Shown: piece after piece, positions 13,404-27,235 of the stretch
Position numbering within the stretch: position 1 is the first letter of the stretch
Layout: each line of letters begins with the position of its first letter
DNA from: Convolutriloba macropyga
Taxonomy: Eukaryota
NCBI RefSeq assembly: GCF_964194025.1
Contig: NC_134473.1
Coordinates: 53,072,001 to 53,136,000 of the forward strand
Reading direction: 5' to 3'
Length of the DNA: 64,000 nt
Notes under the pieces: generated by a model
Databases searched by the model: none
The model's input: only the letters and a program-made list of their open reading frames with translations
What the model was told of the DNA's origin: nothing
Position numbers and translations under genes: made by a program

Positions 13404-14535
13404 CATAACCGACTAACGATGGAAAAATTGCCCTCGAACGAGTAGTGGGAGCTCCAATCTATTGCGGGCTGCTTCAGTCGGGGGTGGGGTGAAGGTGAGT
13501 ACTTAAATTTACTAAGAGGGCTTCAAAAGACGTCATTAGAGGTTATTATATACCACTAGAAACATACCCGGCAGATTGCCGAAAAAAGCCACCATTGATT
13601 TCCATAACACCAATTGGGATTGAAGTAACAAAAACAATAAAAAATTGATTGTTGTACAAAAACATTTTTAAGTGCGAACTATTTTGATTGGATTTCGTAG
13701 TGAAGATATTCCTGTTTCTTAATGAGAGGATACAGGGGCTATTATCAATGCCAAAGCATTAGAGATGTTAACTAAGACTTAAGATCAAAGTTCAAGTAAC
13801 ACGCATCTAAAATTTGACTTCATGGGTTTATCTCGTTTCTGTTTTGGATTGTTTTACAAAAATGATTTTGTTCAATCAAGATTGCTTTGCTTAGCTACTA
13901 CTAACAACTTAAAATTACAGTATCTTAACGGAACCAATGCCGTATCAAAAATGAAAACAAAAATGAAAAAAAAAATACAGTGATTACAGAAATTAACATA
14001 AAATTTCTCTCTCCTTAAACAAAACCCCGCACATAGCAACCAATGATTTCCATAACCCCAATTGGGATTGAGAGAAAAGGAAAGTATTAATTATTGTACA
14101 AAAACATGCGAATTTGCGTACAAACATGCGCACAAAAACATGCGAACTATTGATTTCGTTTGTGTTAATGAGAGGATAGAGTGGCTAGTATCGATAATAA
14201 TAATAACGATTACAGAAGTTAATTTATACTAATCAAGCGAATTTCAGGCAAAAATTAGGATAAATGGGTTCATCCTGTTCTTATTTTAATTTCAAATTTT
14301 GATACTGAATCTGTTGATTCTAGATTGTTTTTTATGAGCAACCATTGCTTAAGAACACTTTGAGCAGAATGAGCAAAGAATGAAACTAGCCCAGAGAATT
14401 CAAAAGGATTTCAAGCACAATTTTGAAAAGGCGGCAAATGATGTAAAGCGAAACAAACTTTAATTCGACGATGATTTTTTTAAAAAAAGGAGCTTTATAT
14501 TAGCCGCCAGTGAAGATGCATGCCGGCTGTCAAAT
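13404..14535 (-). mobile_element. Cluster of HINE fragments (family C end at ~13404, family A ends at ~13563 and ~14500-14530)
   Basis: CATAACCGACTAACG...AATTGCCCTCGAA and CATACCCGGCAGATTGCCG; body similar to 33649-34185. Confidence 0.6.
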
Positions 14536-16354
14536 TTAAAGTGAAAAAACAACAATTTTGGCGCACTTTTCATTTTTTAGTAGTGAACTAAAGCTCATTG
14601 AGTTCAGTTGCTGTCATTTTTGAATGAGAAACGAAAGCCGAAAAAGTCAGAGGCTTAAAAGTACCTCAAAACATCACAACGGACAAACGAAAATTTTTCA
14701 TAAAAAAGATCAATACGTTTACAATTGCTCCAAACTTTTTCGAGAGCATTTAAAATCTACCACGATTACACAAATTTTGCAAAAATTCGTTCAAAGGTTT
14801 GTTTTGAAAGCTTCCTATGATTAATTTCCAAGAGCAGTAACATAAACTGCACATGTTATGCTCGGTGCTTAAAGAAACTGCTTCGAAAAATAGAACTTAA
14901 ATTATAAAATTGTGAGAAAAGAATTCATAGCTCTAAGACTCCACAGATATCAACTTTGCTTCGTGGGTCAAATAGCTGCTTCATTATAAAGGTAAGAAAA
15001 TGTTGTACCACCGATAACGTAGGATATTCTTTGTTTCGAATGCATCACATGCTACTAAAAACACTGTTGCCGATAGAAGCCGTCAATTTCCAGATATAGA
15101 TTTAAACGATTACTGCTAAAAGTAACTATGGAAAAACTGCAAAGATAAATTGTATTAAGTCAAATTTCCCGTTTTTCAATACAGAAAATACAAAAAGAAA
15201 AACGGGCAACATTCTCATTAAGAAACGACAAAAAATTTGAAATAATGATTCAGGTTTTTTCTGGAATCCAAACTGTTCTTCTCTAAATTCTTGTAATCTA
15301 ACTTAAAAATCCAAACATGGGCTCACAAAAATGAAAATAGTAACAAGTGATCTACTCTAACTGAGCTGTCACAATCCTTTTGTATTTATTAATTACACTG
15401 ATATTTAGCAATAGAAAAATCCGCTATTGGTCTAAAATATTTTGAGATATCCGAGAATTCACTAAAAAAACGTGCGTTTCTCGCAATGAAAACTAGTTTG
15501 AAAAATTGATAGCTCACTGGGAGTGATCATTTCAGAAATTTTCTAAGTATACCACACGGAGCCAAAAACTTTCAATCAAAAGCTGAGTTCGAAGAATAAT
15601 TATAGCCGTTGGAATTGAGTGGACATGCAATCTGGTTTCTTAGGCTACTCTGAAAAGGCTGCTCAAATTCTTTAAACTCTTCAATTGGCAAAGCCTTTTA
15701 CATTGTTTAAATAATGGAAATGAGTTCATGAAAGCACCCACAGTCTTTCATTCGTTGGTTAGCCGAGAAATGTACGGCAGCCAAGCAAAACGAGTATCTT
15801 CGACAACACATCGCAATTCAATTTAAGCAATCAAAATTGCAACAGGACCAAGCAATGTTATTCACGCTTCGTTTAATCAACAATCGGATTTTGCAACTAA
15901 TGAGTCCTTTTTATTGGAAAACGTACCATGAAGCAAAGCACGTAATCAGAATTTTTTTATTCGAACTATTTCAAAGCTGAGCGCAACCAAAGTGAACTAA
16001 AAACTTGACCCCAAAGCTCCAAATACTTATCAGATAATACACAATGCCGATCTATTGACAGACTAATTGCTATCAATATCAACACTCGTATCAGATGGAA
16101 AACTCTTTACTTTAGGTTTAACTATTGACGCATAAAAGACACTTGTCCTCACTAATCCCCCAGATAATAGAATTGACACCCAAATAAGGCAAACAGACGC
16201 GCCACAAAACTCAAAAGAATTAGCTACCCTCGTGACCACGCATTCATTGCTATCGGTTCTTATCTAATCAAAAGAAAATTTGGCTCAAGTAAGGCTGCAG
16301 CAAGTTTGAAACTTGTAACCAAAGTTAGAAAATCCCGAGAAGCGCGAATTCAAA

Positions 16355-18725
16355 ATGAGTGAACCAGTAAGAGATACCGAGCTTCTTTTCTCACAAAGCA
16401 AATTTCGGATGGATCAATTGATCGAAGGCAGAGAGCCCAACATGGATGACCACAACTTCATAATGACATCGTCAAGGGTCATGCGAAATATGCGCAAACC
16501 TAGCTTCAGTCCAGTAGCGTCATTTGCCATAACTTACATGGAATCAATCAACTACAAACAATGCAAAACTTCAGTGGATAGAAGCCAAATTCTTCCGGGA
16601 CAAACAGGTATTGTGTCAAGTTAAAATTCTTCACGTTTATGTATCTAATCTGATTGTGAGGTGAGCAGGTGAATATCAGACAACTCACAACAATTCTGTT
16701 ACAATTGGCTTAATTCAGATGCTCAATTCTTTATTTTGAACCATTTTTCAACAACTTTTCCACGCCTCAGAATTCCATCAAAAAGTAGTCCAGAACAAAT
16801 CAACAGTGTATACTAAACAAACTATCAAACAAACAAAAAAAATTACAAAAACCGACTTAAGTCGGACCAATTGCTCTCAAATTTCAGTCGAACGAATTGG
16901 GGTTAATTATAGAATGTTGCATCCGTCTTGTGAGAGGGGGCTATACAGTCTTTTAGGTGCTTTAAATGATGTTATTGGAGCTTACTACAGACAAATACTT
17001 ACATTTAATTAAAGTGAAGTAATAAAACCTTTTAGTCAACTTCCGCCATTGATTTAGAGTTGAAATTTGGGAAAATCCAGAAATTATTCCATAATGTAAA
17101 TTGAAAATTGATCCACGGTAACATCAGGTTACAGTTTCCGCTCAAATACTCTATACAAAGGGGGGAAACTCAAGCTAACATATCTCTGCGCCCAAGGGAC
17201 GATATTGGCGATATATTCAACGAAAAACGTGGAAAACAAACTATATGTTAAGGTAATAAATGAAGTCGAAGTCCACTCGCATTGCCTAACTTCCGCTATT
17301 GGCCTCCAAAATACGGCACCAAATACTCCCAAATCAATCTCTTGAAAGATAAAAAAACAAACAAATTTTGCGGAATTTTCTCAAACAGAAAGAAACCCTG
17401 CTTTATCAAAAACTACTTTCAGGTGGCATAGAAAATCTTAACAAACTTCGTTCAATTCGATTTCAGAGGCAAGTCCCCATTACGTCGCCAATCCTACCAA
17501 AATCATGCCAAGTCGCCTCGGAGAATATACTTGACAGTATATTCTCCGAGCCAGCTTGGCATGATTTCGGTAAAGCTAATATTATTGGTCGTATCTAATA
17601 TGAGAACTCATGCTTCTGCAGAGATTTTAGAAATGCTTAATATTTTCAGTTATCTCAAATTAAAATGCAATGATGTATATGACAGTAGAATTAAAACACC
17701 AAAAACTGTTGCGTCTTTTTGATATCGGAGAACCTAGAGTCTACATTGTTCTAATCAAAATTTTTATGAACCAAAAAAGGCACAGAGTAAAAACCAAAAT
17801 TTAAATAAAATAGTGTTTTAGGTTTTCAAGGCCCCTCTTATAAATGGACGAGCATTTTTTCCACAACATTCAAAAAATATCAACATAATCTTTCCAATGA
17901 ATTGGCGCTATGTGATTGACAAGAGCTAGATTAAGGATCAAATACAATCAAATTTATTAATTTAATTTTAAACGCCCGCACTCCAATTGCAGTATCTAGT
18001 GACTAAAATCGCCGAGATAGTTTGGCAGCTCCGGTTGTTTCATTATACTGTCAGTTTTTGAAACAGTCCAAGATAGTCAGGTATTATTTAATAAGCAGAT
18101 AAACGCGTTCTGCACAGCGGAAAAACTGGGTTACCTTGTCAGTGAAATAGAAAATAATATAGAAACCTTTTTGCAAATAATTCCCATTTTCCCATTCCAA
18201 ATTTTTCGAAATTCTTATTTTTCAGTGTTGGAAATTGGCGTGGGAGCCCACGGTTTTGTAATGGAGGCACTGCTTAAATTCGAAGGACTTGAGCGTCTAG
18301 TGGGAATTGAAATCAGCGAGAAAATGATGTTTGAATTCAAACAAAAATATTCTACGGCTGTAAAAGCTGAACAGCTTGAGCTATACGATACCGACTGCAT
18401 AGATATGAGACACATTTTCCCTAAAGATCACAGTGTCGATCGAATTTTAGCCGTCAACGTTATATATTTCCTACATCCCTTGGAAAAGTACCTGCAAGAA
18501 ATTTACCGCATTTTGAAGCGGAATACTGGGAAGGCTATTATCTCCTGCAAACCGATGATAAAACGCGAAGAAGATCCTGCTTTCACATTATTTAAAAACT
18601 TAGATTTTGAAACTGTGTTGGAATGTTCAAAGAATGTCGGATTCGAAGCGAGTCGTGAAGATATATGCCTCGGAGACAACGTCATAACGGATCATATGAT
18701 TATTCTCACGCTCAGCATACCTTAA
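16355..18725 (+). CDS. Class I SAM-dependent methyltransferase, YdaC-like; join(16355..16607,18226..18725), ~250 aa
   Basis: Phase-1 donor CAA ACA G|GTATTG and acceptor TTATTTTTCAG|TG TTG join to give 'ILPGQTVLEIGVGAHG' (motif I). Also 'LVGIEISEKM' (motif II), 'VDRILAVNVIYFL' and 'LQEIYRILK'. Confidence 0.85.
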
Positions 18726-18913
18726 CAACTGTTACCCAATCACACCTATAACTCAATTACGGTTCATCAACCGTGTTTCTATATTTTGTTTTTAATCAAA
18801 ACACGTCGCATAAACTTTACTGATATTTCATGTATACATATATAGCAGTTTTCAAAGCGGAAAAACTTAGAAATGAACGAGAATGCTAGTGATAGCTGTA
18901 AACCATCATAAAA

Positions 18914-21405
18914 CATAGCCCGCAAATTGCCGGAAAATAGCCCCCGTTGACCCGCTTGACGCGCATTGCGATAGAAACAGAAAGAGAAAATAAGATAGAA
19001 ATTGACTGAATTTTTCAAAGTAAAAACTTTTTTATTTGGTGTCCAAATTCCGAATCTTCGGTTAGATTATAAAACTACACTTTATTCAGCTTCTAAAATG
19101 AACGCTAATAAGCATAATACTAACGCCAGCTAGCAATCGCTTTAATGAACTTTGATAACCTAATGCACTATGACTTAAAGACCGGGCTTTATATGCTTAT
19201 CCTGTTTCTTTTGATCTTTTGATTTTGCTCTTTTGACTTTGAACGTACTCACTTTATTGCGCAATTCAACGCGTGAAAGAATTTAAAATCCATTCAGTTG
19301 AAACAGTGAGTGCGATAAGTCAGAAGTCAAACGTGAAAATCGTGACTTATGTAAAACGAAAAACGTGATCAAAAGATAAAGCGAACTATTTTTAAAAAAG
19401 GAGAGCGTCTAAATGATAGCCGTTGAGAGGCAGACAGCGGCTATTAAACAGTAAAATCTTTTAAGATATCACAAAGAATGAGGGAGATTCAAAACTAAGA
19501 CTAAAACTCGGGTTTTCACTCAAACTTGCAAACAATAACCATCTCGATATTCGATCGAGAGATCCCTCAGAATCTTAGTTCTTTGCTACTCAGCAAGAAA
19601 GAGAAACTGGTACGAATGAACCTATCAGGCAGATTGCCGGAAAAAAGCTGTCATTAATTACCACGACTTCCCATCGTAGTTAGACAAACTCTTTGTCTTA
19701 ATGAGAGGATACAGGTATTGGCATCCGCACCAATAAACAGACCTGGTAACTAAGAATAATTCAAATAAGTTCAAAAACGTGGAAACTAAAGCAGCCTTGT
19801 GTATCACGTTTCTAATTTTGATTTTGTTTCTTTTTGATCATTTTAGATTGCTTTGCTGAGCAACTGCTGTTTAAAGACATTTTTCATCAAGATAAGAGAC
19901 GACTAAAACTAGCCTCGAGAAATCAAAGATTTCACGCACGTCAAAAAAGAGGCACAATTAGGTAACGCGAAACAGATTTTCATCTAGCAAACTAAAAATC
20001 ATTAGCAGGAAGTCCTAACCTAAAATTTAAAAAAATTTCATTTTTCAATTAAAACACGACCTAGAAATGACGATGACTTGAATTGGAAAACCATTTACAA
20101 AAACCCGACCGATAGAATTGAAAAACAGCAAAAAAAATGGGAAATTGCTGCATTTGACGAAAATAATCACAACCCACAAAAGCGATATGTTGTTCAAACA
20201 CCATTTTCCCAATCTGATTTAAAATTCAAGTTAAACAATTTCACGCCGCAAAACCGTTCGCATTTTCGAATCACTTCCTGTTTCGGCGTGACCAAATCAC
20301 TGCTCCAATTTGACTTCAAATATCTGTAATATATTCTAAAAGCAGAGCCGGCAAAAATCCGGAAACGACTCGAAGTAGGAAATGGGCGATACTCACAGAC
20401 CTAATGCACAACCTACATCATTATACAAAGCATTTTAAAACAATAACAGTAAATAAATATAAAAAGAGAAAAGTAACTGATAAATATGATATACGATCTT
20501 AAATTATTTTAAGTTGCGACTCCCAAACAACTAATGGTAAAAGACCATGTAATACAGGTAGTTTGCAAAAAATTAAAACCAATAGACAAATAAAAAAAAT
20601 CAAGTCATAAAGAGAAAAACTGATGAAACGGATACATGACCAGAACAAATTTAAAAAACATTCAAAAAAATTCTTTATAAAAAGCTAAAAAGCAATTTCG
20701 TAGCCATTATTCGGACAGAAAGTTTTGTTGCATCTTCTGCAAAATCAGTCAGCCAACCATACTCAGCAGAGAAATAGAAAACAACAATCGAAAGATACAA
20801 ACATGAAAATAGCTGTGTTATAATTTATTTCAGTGAAAAGTGACATTTCTAGCTTTCAAGTGTCCCTTCATAGAAGCATCACCTACAAAATAAAAACTAA
20901 ATACAAGTTGGTCGAGAAAACTAAAGCCGAAAAAATAGAATCAGAATGACAAAAAAAATTTCAAAGGCATACAGAAATCGGCAGAAATTTGCTATAATTT
21001 AATTTCTTATTAACAAAACTTCAATTTATTATCAATTAAAAAAATGTTGGAATTAAAACAAAAAACTGCTTCCTGCAATTAACACGTGATCAAAAAATTC
21101 TGATCACTTCGAATTTTTTGCACACCTACTTTCCTCGCGCTCACTCAAAAAATCGACATGAACAGAAAACCATTCTTCTCTCTGCTCTCCAGCAATTTGA
21201 CTCTTCAGCAAATTCTATTCACAAAATTTTCACTTCCTGCTTCAAATACACCAAATACAACCAAATTACCGATACAAAAGACGCTTCTCCAAACTCCTCT
21301 TCGAGTCATTAACAAAACAGCGCCAGATACACTACAAATTCTTTAAATTGTGAAAAATTAGGAGTGCCTTAACAGCCAGCTGAGAAGATGAGGGTGGCTA
21401 TTAAA
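18914..21405 (-). mobile_element. Stack of HINE elements: family A ~18914-19447 and ~19625-21405, with a nested family B copy ~20343-21312
   Basis: Hairpin/subTIR ends at 18914, ~19627 and 20343; opposite termini at ~19417-19447, ~21297-21310 and ~21369-21405. Confidence 0.6.
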
Positions 21406-24400
21406 AATATATATGGCACATTGGCAAAAAACCAGCAATAACTTTGTAGATCTGCAGTCTTAAAAAGATAGTAAAAAACGACCAAAAAGGAACTTATTAA
21501 ATCCTGATAAAGAATCTGTTCAACTTATTTCTGCTTCTAATTGCTGCTCTCAGATAACTTTCGATTAGAGCGACAATCACTTGACCTTATCTCTTTGAAT
21601 TAAAGTACAAACAAATTTCCAAGTGAGGAAGCCATTTTTGAGTGAGGTAAGTCACGTGTTACCAAAAACGAAATCACAGGAAAGAACAAAAAAGCTTTCT
21701 CTACTCAGCGTGAAACATTAAGTCAGGCACGCATTTAAGTTGAATTTGAGAAAAAAATGAAGAAAAGGCAGATTTGAAGTGATTATGACGTCATGTGATT
21801 TTAACAAAAATCTTGACCAAGAAGTAAAAAAAACAAAGCTGGAAGCCTCTGCAACCTACTCGAAGCAGACATTAACTAAGGACCCAGCCATTCCCTCACT
21901 AAAAGAAATGAGCCTATTCGAAAATTTACTCAATCATTCCGAAAAAGAAACGAGGCAAGGTAAAAACGCGAGGGACGCTGCGACTCTAAAACAACTATTG
22001 GCAAAATAATTTGAAATACAGATAGCAATCAATCAAAAAACATTACCTTCTGAAAAAAAATGACTGACACGGCGGTATTTACAAAAAACACCAAGGAAAG
22101 GGAAAGAAAAAGAAAAGGTTACGAAAATGCTTCAAAGTTAAGAAGCTACCTCCTGACAACTATTCCGAGGAAGCCTTAAAGCATTCTGCTGCTCGATCGA
22201 TGAACATCCCAACGCTAGTCCAAAAAAACGGTAAACAATCAAAAAACTAAACAACGAAAAAACCCGATAGAAATTACATATTTACATTACGTATTTCAGT
22301 AAAAGTGGCTGAGTATAACCTTGAACTGCCAACTTTTAATAATGCTTCATCTTATTACTTAAATAATAGCTCTAGATTAAATAGTGAGCAAGAAAAGGTA
22401 TTGCACAAAGCTTAAATACAGTGAAAAAAAATACGCCTAACACAATTATCCATTCTCTAGCAAACAGAACTCAAAATAAAAATCAATCGAATCAAAAGAC
22501 AACCTAAATCACTTAAACAACTAAGTACAAATAAAAAATTCCACATATGCCATAAAATGAAAAATACAAAAAATGGTTAAAAAACGTCCAATAGGGCAAA
22601 ATCGGAAAAATAGCTCAAAATTGCGTTTAAAAGATTAATATTTGCTTCAAAAGTTCAAAAATGATCCCAAACGTACTATTTCTAGCTTAAATAATTGAGA
22701 CCAACGCATTTGGCAGAAAACAATTAGAGTTAAAACTAAACAAACATTTTGCCGCACGTGATAAAAAACACTCGCTTAGCGCAAAATGTAGCAAGCCTAC
22801 TTTTCTCGCTATCTCTCAGAATAATGCATGAACAAAAACCACTCTCTCCATTTCTTTTTACTTTTGATCAGGAGATTAACATAACACTTCTTTTTACCTG
22901 CAGCTTTTGACTTCTTCTAAAACATATCCTTTTAAATAGAACTCAACGATTAAAAATAGATAGCCATTATTCCTCTTACTGTCGTAAAAAACAAGAGAAG
23001 GCCAATAATAGCCCCAGCTATCGGTTTACGGCTATTAAAACGACTACTATCAGACAACCGACAGATGAGAAATTGGTTTTGGCTCAAAGAGCTACACGCA
23101 CTGACAGACTTTATGCCCACTGGCTTTGCCTGCTCATCGCATTTCCTTTCACTATTGAAGATCAAAATGCTCAAGTTACAAAGAACAGTCAAACAAAAAT
23201 TTCACAATTCTGATGCGGGCGGGCATTTTTGAAAATCCCATCAAAACTAACTTTAAAGATTTTATACCAAGATATTATCCCAACAAAATTAGGCGAGACC
23301 AGAAAAGATTAAAAAAGTTTCGGCTCAACATATTGATCTCAATCTTTGTTGCTTTCAGAGGATTTCATAAACTTAAGGAAGGCTGGAACATACACTTAGG
23401 ACACAAAGCCTTTAAAAATGAATACCCACTGTAAAAAAAACTCCACAATTTTATTGCAACAAAAGGCCCAGCTTACGAGAATCCATTTCTTGTGGAAGAA
23501 AGAAGACAAATCACTCAGACGAAAATGATAAAGCAAAACATACATAAAGAGGACATTATGACCCAAACATCGGCTTAAAATTTTATTTGATAGCAACGAA
23601 ACACGTTTTTGAACGGATTTAGTTTGTTGAAAAGGATTTAAAAAGTAGAAGACTTAGCCTCAAGTTCATGATTTTTCGCGAGCTCTTCTTGTCATAAAAA
23701 AAGGAAAGACAACTATTTTAAAAAGCTTCGATATTATTTAACCTCGCGTCTTAGAAAGCGGTAGAAAACACATCTACGACTTTACAGCATTTTTTAAAAA
23801 CAATTTTGAATAAAATCTAAACCCACAAAAAATAATTGTACATTTTCCGATTACCTTTATACTAACATTTATAGTTCTCTTTAGATGTTCCCAAACTCAA
23901 ATTATTTACTGATGAAACGTTAATTAAAAACATAACCGTAAGGTTAAATGCTTAGATAAATAATTAATCAACTCACTCATAATTAATTCAACATTCAAAT
24001 GCCAACAATACCCGTTGAAATTCAACATGTCCGTTCTCAAGTGTAAACGTTTGAATAAAATTTAAATCCAGAATCAGAAAAAAATGAGTCCCCAATGCAA
24101 GTGTGGCAATAAATTCTTTGAAAGACTTGCAAAAAATGAAATTAACAGGTTAGGTAGTGATGTTATGTAATGTAAAGTCATGCGAAAACCATTCGAGTGC
24201 AATGCAACATCTACCTTTCGTTTCTGGTGCTTTCTCAGCTAATACACAACATAGAATTGATCAAAACAAGAGCTACGGGCACAACTCGGGAGCGTTTGGT
24301 CAATATTTTGACCTCAAATTGAGCAGAAAATACAGCTACTACTATATGTGCAAAACTACTGCACCTAAATCAGCAAATAATGTCATTTCTAATTCCAAGT

Positions 24401-24676
24401 CCAATAGTATCTGGTCATCATATTAATTCTCATTTAAAAATATTAGCAAGCTCAAAAAAGCGATATTAAACTTGTTTCAGAGCAGCTCTCTAAATGTAAA
24501 GAGCATTTTAAGTAAACATAAACCCAGAGTATGATTCGAAGAACAAAAACATTGTTTAGATATCACAGGTAAAATAGTAGACCACATCTAATTGAAGTAA
24601 GTTAAAGTGTAGCACATTATATTAGGTCTGGCTGATACATTGGGCGGAGGGGTTAAGGGTAATGAGATGTACTGAC

Positions 24677-24855
24677 CGTTGTTGCTAGTGCCTACTCCGT
24701 CTCCTCCCTCGTTGGCCTTGTAGATGGACGGCTGTCTACTCTGGGAGGCCCTACTCTTACACTGGCTCATGTACACCATGTACCCCACCCACACAATGCC
24801 CAGGAAGGTAAAGAAGCCCACGAAGGCCACTAGCGCGCCAAACGGATAATACCAC
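24677..24855 (-). CDS. Probable internal exon encoding a transmembrane helix and juxtamembrane cytoplasmic segment
   Basis: GC-richer island bounded by acceptor TCTGCTTTTAG| and donor AAC G|GTCAGT; encodes 'WYYPFGALVAFVGFFTFLGIVWVGYMVYMSQCKSRASQSRQPS...'. Confidence 0.55.
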
Positions 24856-26044
24856 CTAAAAGCAGACAAATTTTTAAACCACCTCTCAACACTAAACGAT
24901 CGAAGTTTTTGTATTGGGAGTTTGGTTATTGTAACCTCTGAGGTACCACTAGCACTCATAATTGCGATAAACTATGTTAATTGTTAAGCCGTGTTTATTT
25001 TCTATTGATTCGTACAGTAACTATTTGACAGCAGTACAGCATTTTTAGGGTAAAAATTGGAGCCCGTCGTTTGTCGTTTATTGCTGCGAAATTAACACGT
25101 AGATGTATTTTTTAAATCTTTCCAATCGGTCTTTATTTCAAATAGTGGCTCCGTCAATTATCGGGATCTTTTACATTATAGATCCCGCCACTTCTTGCAT
25201 GGTATATCATGGTTACTGGTGGGGTTTCTCCATTCCAAAACCAATCATTAAATCGAAATTCATTGTATGACTAATTCTCGGAGCATGCTGAGCGTACGGA
25301 AAAAGGCTCAGCACCACACAACACGGTCGCGTTCTGCTGATGTGAATGAACTAGACCAACCAAGCACAGGGAATTCTCCCCCTTGTTCACGCCGCATTCA
25401 ATCTCTACCTTTTTTCACTGCAGCGCGAAAGGCGAAAAAAGCAGCGCACCAAAAAGGCAATCCGTTCACTTTGTATGCGTTTGTATAGCATACTCTAGTA
25501 CGCATACGACATTTCCAATAGCGGCTAGTGTTAATTGCTTTAAAAACCCACAAAATAAATAGCCAAGTAGCTCTATTGCTTTCCATATATTTAACAAAAA
25601 TTCTAGCGCACAATCTTCCTTGCCCATTTGGGTAGATGCACCCCTATGCTGTACACGAATTCCTTTTGAATTGTCATTCAATATAGAGAGACACGAGAAG
25701 AAAATGAACATCAATCGCCTTTCTTGTCTAAAATAGACAATGTACTTTCCAATAAAGACCTACTCACCCATATTATAACAAGAAGTTCTCACATGCCGGT
25801 ACTGAACTGTACTAACATTACATCCCCTCCCCCGCTTCAGTAGGCTAGGAACTAATAGATTTTCCCAAATATTATAATCATAACGAAAAGGCCCGCATGA
25901 TTCCGTACACGGTACAGAATGTTCGCACATTTGCAGGAAATACAGTAGGATACTAGCTTTTAAAAGCTTTTTAAAGAAATAAAAATTGTTGTTTTGAGTT
26001 AAGTATGCATCCAAATTAAAAACATCCAAATTAACAACAACGTG

Positions 26045-27235
26045 CCCCAAAATAGCCGCATTGATTCCCATAACTCCAGTTGGGCTTGCAAGAACAGAAA
26101 AAAACTGATTGCTGTAAGAACACATTTTAAAGGTGCGAACTATTTTGATTTCATTTTGTTGTTAGACATACTCCTGTTACTTAATGATAGGATGATAGCG
26201 GTCATCTAAAATTGGGCTTTATTGGTTTATGCGGTTTCTAATTTTGATATCGTGTTTTGTGATTCTATTGAATTTAGATTTCTTTGCTGAGCAACTGCTG
26301 TTTAAAAACATTTTGAACAGAATGAGCGAAGAATGGAACTAGCCTAGACAATTCGAAAACATTTCACGCAGTCGAAAAAGCGGCAAAATGAGGTAAAGCG
26401 AAGCAAACTTTTATTCGACGCAAAAAAACACAGTCGAAGCATTCCGTAAGCGGCTCGAATTCGTCTTCGCCGAAACAACTAGCCTCTCAAATAACCAGTA
26501 CCTACTCGCACAACGCAATAGAAGCAGAGAAAATTTAAAAAAATCTTCAGTTACATCAAAATGGCCAAAGTATATTAGCTTCAAAAATTAAAACGCTATT
26601 ATTTTTCGCATAGTAAAATTAGACATACAAACAGAAAACGTTGTTTCATGAAAAGAAGAACAAAATGTAACACATTTCTATTATGAGTCTGCCTATTTTA
26701 TTTTTAAAAAATACGCAGAAGTACTAGACGAATTTAGGTGAGTTAACAGCAAATGTAATAAACAATAAAATGGTCAAAACAATCGCTAAATTAGCCCAAA
26801 AATCCGACCAAACAACCATCAAATAAGCGAAAAACTTGCTTTAATTATCAAAACGCTTCAACGCGCTATCAAAACCTCCTGAACATTTCTAGTTGTCTGC
26901 AATAACTTTTGAGACATAAAAATAAATCCAAAAAAAAACATGAAAAAGCCACACGTGAACAAAAAAAATTGTTCGCTTAGCGATTTTTTTTGACACTAAC
27001 TTTTCTCCCTAGTTTCCCTAATTTCTCCCTAAGTTTCCGAAGAAGTTATAAAAAACCACTCTCACATTTCTCCACTCTTCGATTTTGTAAACCAAAACAA
27101 CTTTCATTCCCTTCCTGAACTTCCGGTTTCTTTGCTCGCTCACTTAACAAAAAATAGAAAACCGTAACGCCTCTTCGAGACGTAAAAATAGGAGCGCAAT
27201 AATAGCCTGCTGAGAAGGTGAGGGTGGCTACTAAA
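26045..27235 (-). mobile_element. Diverged composite HINE (family A/B)
   Basis: AAAATAGCCGCATTGATTCC at left; CTCTTCGAGACGT followed by TAGGAGCGCAATAATAGCCTGCTGAGAAGGTGAGGGTGGCTACTAAA at right. Confidence 0.6.

Noticed and set aside
25760-26125. Upstream exon for the TM exon (donor GTGAGT near 25767)
   Set aside because: The required phase-2 frame has a TAA just before the donor, and part of the ORF is HINE sequence.
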